A program made the position numbers and the translations under genes. From contig CM120640.1 of assembly GCA_051362555.1 (NCBI GenBank), forward strand, positions 32,073,967 through 32,137,966: DNA of 64,000 nt, in the 5' to 3' direction. The DNA is from Lingula anatina (lineage: Eukaryota > Animalia > Brachiopoda). The notes under the pieces were generated by a model, which was not told the origin of the DNA, did not search any database, and saw only the letters and a program-made list of their open reading frames with translations. Shown in pieces: positions 1-9,600 of the stretch; position 1 is the stretch's first letter, and each line of letters begins with the position of its first letter.

Positions 1-132
1 CTCTACCCAGACACAGACTTCACACGTCGATAGAAGTTAAGGTTAGTAAACTTTTTATTTGGGGGAGGGGGGGGGGAGGATACGGGAGAGGTAAATTAAA
101 AAGATCTAACCTCATTCCTGTTTCTTTTACAG

Positions 133-212
133 GACATAGAAGATGATGTATGCATAGAAGACGATGAGCGACTCTACCCAGACACAGACTTCACACATCG
201 ATAGAAGTTAAG
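133..212 (+). other. Representative type A exon-like unit (80 nt)
   Basis: Preceded by TTTCTTTTACAG (ends 132) and followed by AAG|GTTAGT (213). Contains an imperfect 18-nt tandem duplication, GACATAGAAGATGATGWA / TGCATAGAAGACGATGAG. Frame 1 reads DIEDD(E/V)CIEDDERLYPD(T/I)DFTHR*. Confidence 0.75.
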
Positions 213-303
213 GTTAGTAAACTTTTTATTTGGGGGAGGGGGGGGGGAGGATGGGGGAGAGGTAAATTAAAAAGTTCTAACCTCATTCCTATTTCTTTTA
301 CAG
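213..303 (+). other. Representative type A GT-AG intron-like unit (91 nt here; length varies with the G run)
   Basis: GTTAGT donor at 213, G-tract at 232-262, CTAAC branch motif at 277-281 (branch A ~23 nt before the acceptor), pyrimidine tract CTCATTCCTATTTCTTTT, and CAG at 301-303. Confidence 0.8.
232..262 (+). other. G-quadruplex-capable tract G5-A-G(6-14)-AGGAT-G5-AGAGG, present in each type A intron
   Basis: Read directly. It provides four runs of at least 3 G when the long central run is split. It is always on the + strand. Confidence 0.7.
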
Positions 304-472
304 GACATAGAAGATGATGAATGCATAGAAGACGATGAGCGACTCTACCCTGACATAGACTTCACACATCGATAGAAGTTAAGGTTAGTAAACTTTTTAT
401 TTGGGGGAGGGGGGGAGGATGGCGGGAGAGGTAAATTAAAAAGATCTAACCTCATTCCTGTTTTTTTTACAG

Positions 473-551
473 GACATAGAAGATGATGAATGCCTACCAG
501 CCTACCAGCCTACCATCAAGCATTGACTACTCTTTGGATCAAGAATTTAAG
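473..551 (+). other. Representative type B exon-like unit (79 nt) with internal (GCCTACCA)x3 octamer repeat
   Basis: TACAG| at 472 and AAG|GTTAGT at 552. It shares its first 21 nt with exon A, then continues CTACCAGCCTACCAGCCTACCATCAAGCATTGACTACTCTTTGGATCAAGAATTTAAG. I counted 68 copies by eye. Confidence 0.75.
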
Positions 552-679
552 GTTAGTAAATTTCATTTTTTGGAGGGGATAGGTAAATTGAATTAAAATC
601 TAATCTAGTTTTATTTCCTTTACAGAACACAGAAGACGATGAAAGACTCTACCCAGACATAGACTTCACACATCGATAG
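483..679 (+). CDS. Candidate spliced 40-aa small ORF join(483..551,626..679) MMNAYQPTSLPSSIDYSLDQEFKNTEDDERLYPDIDFTHR*, repeated in most B-C dimers
   Basis: ATG in AAGATGA context, 23 codons to the exon B donor (phase 0), then 17 codons plus TAG in exon C. It exists only after splicing. I recognise no homolog, and many copy variants are non-synonymous. Confidence 0.2.
552..625 (+). other. Representative type B GT-AG intron-like unit (74 nt), a diverged paralog of intron A
   Basis: GTTAGTAAATTTCATTTTTTGGAGGGGATAGGTAAATTGAATTAAAATCTAATCTAGTTTTATTTCCTTTACAG. The donor, CTAAT branch motif, pyrimidine tract and TACAG are kept, while the interior is diverged and the G-tract reduced. Confidence 0.8.
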
Positions 680-687
680 ACGTTAAG
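626..687 (+). other. Representative type C exon-like unit (62 nt); always follows intron B
   Basis: AACACAGAAGACGATGAAAGACTCTACCCAGACATAGACTTCACACATCGATAGA(A/C)GTTAAG, which equals exon A minus the 18-nt duplication. Frame 1 reads NTEDDERLYPDIDFTHR*. Confidence 0.75.
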
Positions 688-3600
688 GTTAGTAAACTTT
701 TTATTTGGGGGAGGGGGGGGGAGGATGGGGGAGAAGTAAATTAAAAAGATCTAACCTCATTCCTATTACTTTTACAGGACATAGAAGATGATGAATGCAT
801 AGAAGACGATGAGCGACTCTACCCAGACATAGACTTCACACATCGATAGAAGTTAAGGTTAGTAAACTTTTTATTTGGGGGAGGGGGGGGGGGAGGATGG
901 GGGAGAAGTAAATTTAAAAGATCTAACCTCATTCCTATTACTTTTACAGGACATAGAAGATGATGAATGCATAGAAGACGATGAGCGACTCTACCCAGAC
1001 ACAGACTTCACACATCGATAGAAGTTAAGGTTAGTAAACTTATTATTTGGGGGAGGGGGGGGGGGAGGATCGGGGAGAGGTAAATTAAAAAGATCTAACC
1101 TGATTCCTGTTTCTTTTACAGGACATAGAAGATGATGTATGCATAAAAGACGATGAGCGACTCTACCCAGACACAGACTTCACACATCGATAGAAGTTAT
1201 GGTTAGTAAACTTTTTATTTGGGGGAGGGGGGGGGAGGATGGGGGAGAGGTAAATTAAAAAGATCTAACCTCATTCCTATTTCTTTTACAGGACATAGAA
1301 GATGATGAATGCATAGAAGACGATGAGCGACTCTACCCTGACATAGACTTCACACATCGATAGAAGTTAAGGTTAGTTAACTTTTTATTTGGGGGAGGGG
1401 GGGGGGGTAGGATGGCGGGAGAGGTAAATTAAAAAGATCTAACCTCATTCCTATTTCTTTTACAGGACATAGAAGATGATGAATGCCTACCAGCCTACCA
1501 GCCTACCATCAAGCATTGACTACTCTTTGGATCATGAATTTAAGGTTAGTAAATTTCATTTTTTTGGAGGGGATAGGTAAATTGAATAAAAATCTAATCT
1601 AGTTTTATTTCTTTTTACAGAACATAGAAGACTATGAGCGACTCTACCCTGACATAGAATTCACACATCGATAGAAGTTAAGGTTGGTAAACTTATTATT
1701 TGGGGAAGGGGGTCATGTGGGGAGAGGTAAATTAAAAAGATCTAACCTCATTCCTATTTATTTTACAGGACATAGAAGATGATGAATGCATAGAAGACGA
1801 TGAGCGACTCTACCCAGACACAGACTTCACACATCGATAGAAGTTAAGGTAAGTAAACTTTTTATTTGGGGGAGGGGGGGGGGGAGGATGGGGGAGAGGT
1901 AAATTAAAAAGATCTAACCTCATTCCTATTTCTTTTACAGGACATAGAAGATGATGAATGCCTACCAGCCTACCAGCCTACCATCAAGCATTGACTACTC
2001 TTTGGATCAAGAATTTAAGGTTAGTAAATTTCATTTTTTGGAGGGGATAGGTAAATTGAATTAAAATCTAATCTAGTTTTATTTCCTTTACAGAACACAG
2101 AAGACGATGAAAGACTCTACCCAGACACAGACTTCACACATCGATAGAAGTTAAGGTTAGTAAACTTATTATTTGGGGGAGGGGGGGATGTGGGGAGAGG
2201 TAAATTAAAAAGTTCTAACCTCATTCCTATTTCTTTTACAGGACATAGAAGATTATGAATGCCTACCAGCCTACCAGCCTACCATCAAGCATTGACTACT
2301 CTTTGGATCAAGAATTTAAGGTTAGTAAATTTCATTTTTTGGAGGGGATAGGTAAATTGAATTAAAATCTAATCTAGTTTTATTTCCTTTACAGAACACA
2401 GAAGACGATGAAAGACTCTACCCAGACACAGACTTCACACATCGATAGAAGTTAAGGTTAGTAAACTTTTTATTTGGGGGAGGGAGGGGGGGTAGGATGG
2501 CGGGAGAGGTAAATTAAAAAGATCTAACCTCATTCCTATTTCTTTTACAGGACATAGAAGATGATGAATGCCCACCAGCCTACCAGCCTACCATCAAGCA
2601 TTGACTACTCTTTGGATCAAGAATTTAAGGTTAGTAAATTTCATTTTTTGGAGGGGATAGGTAAATTGAATTAAAATCTAATCTAGTTTTATTTCATTTA
2701 CAGAACACAGAAGACGATGAAAGACTCTACCCAGACATAGACTTCACACATCGATAGAAGTTAAGGTTAGTAAACTTTTTATTTGGGGGAGGGGGGGGAG
2801 GATGGGGGAGAAGTAAATTAAAAAGATCTAACCTCATTCCTATTACTTTTACAGGACATAGAAGATGATGAATGCATAGAAGACGATGAGCGACTCTACC
2901 CAGACATAGACTTCACACATCGATAGAAGTTAAGGTTAGTAAACTTTTTATTTGGGGGAGGGGGGGGGGGGGGGTAGGATGGCGGGAGAGGTAAATTAAA
3001 AAGATCTAACCTAATTCCTATTTCTTTTACAGGACATAGAAGATGATGAATGCCTACCAGCCTACCAGCCTACCATCAAGCATTGACTACTCTTTGGATC
3101 ATGAATTTAAGGTTAGTAAATTTCATTTTTTTGGAGGGGATAGGTAAATTGAATAAAAATCTAATCTAGTTTTATTTCTTTTTACAGAACATAGAAGACT
3201 ATGAGCGACTCTACCCTGACATAGAATTCACACATCGATAGAAGTTAAGGTTGGTAAACTTATTATTTGGGGAAGGGGGTCATGTGGGGAGAGGTAAATT
3301 AAAAAGATCTAACCTCATTCCTATTTATTTTACAGGACATAGAAGATGATGAATGCATAGAAGACGATGAGCGACTCTACCCAGACACAGACCTCACACA
3401 TCGATAGAAGTTAAGGTAAGTAAACTTTTTATTTGGGGGAGGGGGGGGGGGGAGGATGGGGGAGAGGTAAATTAAAAAGATCTAACCTCATTCCTATTTC
3501 TTTTACAGGACATAGAAGATGATGAATGCCTACCAGCCTACCAGCCTACCATCAAGCATTGAGTACTCTTTGGATCAAGAATTTAAGGTTAGTAAATTTC

Positions 3601-6600
3601 ATTTTTTGGAGGGGATAGGTAAATTGAATTAAAATCTAATCTAGTTTTATTTCCTTTACAGAACACAGAAGACGATGAAAGACTCTACCCAGACACAGAC
3701 TTCACACATCGATAGAAGTTAAGGTTAGTAAACTTATTATTTGGGGGAGGGGGGGATGTGGGGAGAGGTAAATTAAAAAGTTCTAACCTCATTCCTATTG
3801 CTTTTACAGGACATAGAAGATGATAAATGCATAGAAGACGATGAGCGACTCTACCCTGACATAGACTTCACACATCGATAGAAGTTAAGGTTAGTAAACT
3901 TTTTATTTGGGGGAGGGGGGGGGAGGATGGCGGGAGAGGTAAATTAAAAAGATCTAACCTCATTCCTATTTCTTTTACAGGACATAGAAGATGATGAATG
4001 CCTACCAGCCTACCAGCCTACCATCAAGCATTGACTACTCTTTGGATCAAGAATTTAAGGTTAGTAAATTTCATTTTTTTGGAGGGGATAGGTAAATTGA
4101 ATAAAAATCTAATCTAGTTTTATTTCTTTTTACAGAACATAGAAGACTATGAGCGACTCTACCCTGACATAGAATTCACACATCGATAGAAGTTAAGGTT
4201 GGTAAACTTATTATTTGGGGAAGGGGGTCATGTGGGGAGAGGTAAATTAAAAAGATCTAACCTCATTCCTATTTATTTTACAGGACATAGAAGATGATGA
4301 ATGCATAGAAGACGATGAGCGACTCTACCCAGACACAGACCTCACACATCGATAGAAGTTAAGGTAAGTAAACTTTTTATTTGGGGGAGGGGGGGGGGGG
4401 GAGGATGGGGTAGAGGTAAATTAAAAAGATCTAACCTCATTCCTATTTCTTTTACAGGACATAGAAGATGATGAATGCCTACCAGCCTACCAGCCTACCA
4501 TCAAGCATTGAGTACTCTTTGGATCAAGAATTTAAGGTTAGTAAATTTCATTTTTTGGAGGGGATAGGTAAATTGAATTAAAATCTAATCTAGTTTTATT
4601 TCCTTTACAGAACACAGAAGACGATGAAAGACTCTACCCAGACACAGACTTCACACATCGATAGAAGTTAAGGTTAGTAAACTTATTATTTGGGGGAGGG
4701 GGGGATGTGGGGAGAGGTAAATTAAAAAGTTCTAACCTCATTCCTATTGCTTTTACAGGACATAGAAGATGATAAATGCATAGAAGACGATGAGCGACTC
4801 TACCCTGACATAGACTTCACACATCGATAGAAGTTAAGGTTAGTAAACTTTTTATTTGGGGGAGGGGGGGGGGAGGATGGCGGGAGAGGTAAATTAAAAA
4901 GATCTAACCTCATTCCTATTTCTTTTACAGGACATAGAAGATGATGAATGCCTACCAGCCTACCAGCCTACCATCAAGCATTGACTACTCTTTGGATCAA
5001 GAATTTAAGGTTAGTAAATTTCATTTTTTGGAGGGGATAGGTAAATTGAATTAAAATCTAATCTAGTTTTATTTCCTTTACAGAACACAGAAGACGATGA
5101 AAGACTCTACCCAGACACAGACTTCACACATCGATAGAAGTTAAGGTTAGTAAACATATTATTTGGGGGAGGGGGGGGGATGTGGGGAGAGGTAAATTAA
5201 AAAGTTCTAACCTCATTCCTATTTCTTTTACAGGACATAGAAGATGATGAATGCATAGAAGACGATGAGCGACTCTACCCAGACACAGACTTCACACATC
5301 GATAGAAGTTAAGGTTAGTAAACTTTTTATTTGGGGGAGGGGGGGGATGGGGGAGAGGTAAATTAAAAAGATCTAACCTCATTCCTGTTTCTTTTACAGG
5401 ACATAGAAGATGATGCATGCATAGAAGACGATGAGCGACTCTACCCAGACACAGACTTCACACGTCGATAGAAGTTAAGGTTAGTAAACTTTTTATTTGG
5501 GGGAGGGGGGGGGAGAATACGGGAGAGGTAAATTAAAAAGATCTAACCTCATTCCTGTTTCTTTTACAGGACATAGAAGATGATGTATGCATAGAAGACG
5601 ATGAGCGACTCTACCCAGACACAGACTTCACACATCGATAGAAGTTAAGGTTAGTAAACTTTTTATTTGGGGGAGGGGGGGGAGGATGGGGGAGAGGTAA
5701 ATTAAAAAGTTCTAACCTCATTCCTATTTCTTTTACAGGACATAGAAGATGATGAATGCATAGAAGACGATGAGCGACTCTACCCAGACACAGACTTCAC
5801 ACATCGATAGAAGTTAAGGTTAGTAAACTTTTTATTTGGGGGAGGGGGGGGGGAGGATATGGGAGAGGTAAATTAAAAAGATCTAACCTCATTCCTATTT
5901 CTTTTACAGGACATAGAAGATGATGAATGCATAGAAGACGATGAGCGACTCTACCCTGACATAGACTTCACACATCGATAGAAGTTAAGGTTAGTAAACT
6001 TTTTATTTGGGGGAGGGGAGGGGGGGTAGGATGGCGGGAGAGGTAAATTAAAAAGATCTAACCTCATTCCTATTTCTTTTACAGGACATAGAAGATGATG
6101 AATGCCCACCAGCCTACCAGCCTACCATCAAGCATTGACTACTCTTTGGATCAAGAATTTAAGGTTAGTAAATTTCATTTTTTGGAGGGGATAGGTAAAT
6201 TGAATTAAAATCTAATCTAGTTTTATTTCATTTACAGAACACAGAAGACGATGAAAGACTCTACCCAGACATAGACTTCACACATCGATAGAAGTTAAGG
6301 TTAGTAAACATATTATTTGGGGGAGGGGGGGGGGATGTGGGGAGAGGTAAATTAAAAAGTTCTAACCTCATTCCTATTTCTTTTACAGGACATAGAAGAT
6401 GATGAATGCATAGAAGACGATGAGCGACTCTACCCAGACACAGACTTCACACATCGATAGAAGTTAAGGTTAGTAAACTTTTTATTTGGGGGAGGGGGGG
6501 GGGATGGGGGAGAGGTAAATTAAAAAGATCTAACCTCATTCCTGTTTCTTTTACAGGACATAGAAGATGATGCATGCATAGAAGACGATGAGCGACTCTA

Positions 6601-9600
6601 CCCAGACACAGACTTCACACGTCGATAGAAGTTAAGGTTAGTAAACTTTTTATTTGGGGGAGGGGGGGGGGAGGATACGGGAGAGGTAAATTAAAAAGAT
6701 CTAACCTCATTCCTGTTTCTTTTACAGGACATAGAAGATGATGTATGCATAGAAGACGATGAGCGACTCTACCCAGACACAGACTTCACACATCGATAGA
6801 AGTTAAGGTTAGTAAACTTTTTATTTGGGGGAGGGGGGGGGAGGATGGGGGAGAGGTAAATTAAAAAGTTCTAACCTCATTCCTATTTCTTTTACAGGAC
6901 ATAGAAGATGATGAATGCATAGAAGACGATGAGCGACTCTACCCTGACATAGACTTCACACATCGATAGAAGTTAAGGTTAGTAAACTTTTTATTTGGGG
7001 GAGGGGGGGAGGATGGCGGGAGAGGTAAATTAAAAAGATCTAACCTCATTCCTGTTTTTTTTACAGGACATAGAAGATGATGAATGCCTACCAGCCTACC
7101 AGCCTACCATCAAGCATTGACTACTCTTTGGATCAAGAATTTAAGGTTAGTAAATTTCATTTTTTGGAGGGGATAGGTAAATTGAATTAAAATCTAATCT
7201 AGTTTTATTTCCTTTACAGAACACAGAAGACGATGAAAGACTCTACCCAGACATAGACTTCACACATCGATAGACGTTAAGGTTAGTAAACTTTTTATTT
7301 GGGGGAGGGGGGGGGAGGATGGGGGAGAAGTAAATTAAAAAGATCTAACCTCATTCCTATTACTTTTACAGGACATAGAAGATGATGAATGCATAGAAGA
7401 CGATGAGCGACTCTACCCAGACATAGACTTCACACATCGATAGAAGTTAAGGTTAGTAAACTTTTTATTTGGGGGAGGGGGGGGGGGAGGATGGGGGAGA
7501 AGTAAATTTAAAAGATCTAACCTCATTCCTATTACTTTTACAGGACATAGAAGATGATGAATGCATAGAAGACGATGAGCGACTCTACCCAGACACAGAC
7601 TTCACACATCGATAGAAGTTAAGGTTAGTAAACTTATTATTTGGGGGAGGGGGGGGGGAGGATCGGGGAGAGGTAAATTAAAAAGATCTAACCTGATTCC
7701 TGTTTCTTTTACAGGACATAGAAGATGATGTATGCATAAAAGACGATGAGCGACTCTACCCAGACACAGACTTCACACATCGATAGAAGTTATGGTTAGT
7801 AAACTTTTTATTTGGGGGAGGGGGGGGGAGGATGGGGGAGAGGTAAATTAAAAAGATCTAACCTCATTCCTATTTCTTTTACAGGACATAGAAGATGATG
7901 AATGCATAGAAGACGATGAGCGACTCTACCCTGACATAGACTTCACACATCGATAGAAGTTAAGGTTAGTTAACTTTTTATTTGGGGGAGGGGGGGGGGT
8001 AGGATGGCGGGAGAGGTAAATTAAAAAGATCTAACCTCATTCCTATTTCTTTTACAGGACATAGAAGATGATGAATGCCTACCAGCCTACCAGCCTACCA
8101 TCAAGCATTGACTACTCTTTGGATCATGAATTTAAGGTTAGTAAATTTCATTTTTTTGGAGGGGATAGGTAAATTGAATAAAAATCTAATCTAGTTTTAT
8201 TTCTTTTTACAGAACATAGAAGACTATGAGCGACTCTACCCTGACATAGAATTCACACATCGATAGAAGTTAAGGTTGGTAAACTTATTATTTGGGGAAG
8301 GGGGTCATGTGGGGAGAGGTAAATTAAAAAGATCTAACCTCATTCCTATTTATTTTACAGGACATAGAAGATGATGAATGCATAGAAGACGATGAGCGAC
8401 TCTACCCAGACACAGACTTCACACATCGATAGAAGTTAAGGTAAGTAAACTTTTTATTTGGGGGAGGGGGGGGGGAGGATGGGGGAGAGGTAAATTAAAA
8501 AGATCTAACCTCATTCCTATTTCTTTTACAGGACATAGAAGATGATGAATGCCTACCAGCCTACCAGCCTACCATCAAGCATTGACTACTCTTTGGATCA
8601 AGAATTTAAGGTTAGTAAATTTCATTTTTTGGAGGGGATAGGTAAATTGAATTAAAATCTAATCTAGTTTTATTTCCTTTACAGAACACAGAAGACGATG
8701 AAAGACTCTACCCAGACACAGACTTCACACATCGATAGAAGTTAAGGTTAGTAAACTTATTATTTGGGGGAGGGGGGGATGTGGGGAGAGGTAAATTAAA
8801 AAGTTCTAACCTCATTCCTATTTCTTTTACAGGACATAGAAGATTATGAATGCCTACCAGCCTACCAGCCTACCATCAAGCATTGACTACTCTTTGGATC
8901 AAGAATTTAAGGTTAGTAAATTTCATTTTTTGGAGGGGATAGGTAAATTGAATTAAAATCTAATCTAGTTTTATTTCCTTTACAGAACACAGAAGACGAT
9001 GAAAGACTCTACCCAGACACAGACTTCACACATCGATAGAAGTTAAGGTTAGTAAACTTTTTATTTGGGGGAGGGAGGGGGGGTAGGATGGCGGGAGAGG
9101 TAAATTAAAAAGATCTAACCTCATTCCTATTTCTTTTACAGGACATAGAAGATGATGAATGCCCACCAGCCTACCAGCCTACCATCAAGCATTGACTACT
9201 CTTTGGATCAAGAATTTAAGGTTAGTAAATTTCATTTTTTGGAGGGGATAGGTAAATTGAATTAAAATCTAATCTAGTTTTATTTCATTTACAGAACACA
9301 GAAGACGATGAAAGACTCTACCCAGACATAGACTTCACACATCGATAGAAGTTAAGGTTAGTAAACTTTTTATTTGGGGGAGGGGGGGGGAGGATGGGGG
9401 AGAAGTAAATTAAAAAGATCTAACCTCATTCCTATTACTTTTACAGGACATAGAAGATGATGAATGCATAGAAGACGATGAGCGACTCTACCCAGACATA
9501 GACTTCACACATCGATAGAAGTTAAGGTTAGTAAACTTTTTATTTGGGGGAGGGGGGGGGGGTAGGATGGCGGGAGAGGTAAATTAAAAAGATCTAACCT

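Noticed and set aside
211-283. MITE or introner with terminal inverted repeats
   Set aside because: The inverted repeat is imperfect, does not coincide with the intron 3' end and has no target-site duplication. Copies are tandem rather than dispersed.
133-303. Primate alpha satellite or telomeric repeat (171-bp period; GGTTAG/CTAACC hexamers)
   Set aside because: I recognise no alpha-satellite similarity or CENP-B box. The telomere-like hexamers are single, non-tandem and coincide with the donor and branch motifs.
304-324. DIEDDEC resembling the calcium-binding EGF start motif DIDEC
   Set aside because: There is only one Cys, the spacing is wrong, and the exons are phase 0 whereas EGF modules have six Cys and phase-1 introns.
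314-353. C/D-box snoRNA motifs (ATGATGA box C, CTGA box D in CCCTGAC variants)
   Set aside because: They lie in the exon-like part only ~30 nt apart. CTGA is a minority variant, there is no terminal stem, and ATGATGA is explained by Asp-Asp-Glu codons.
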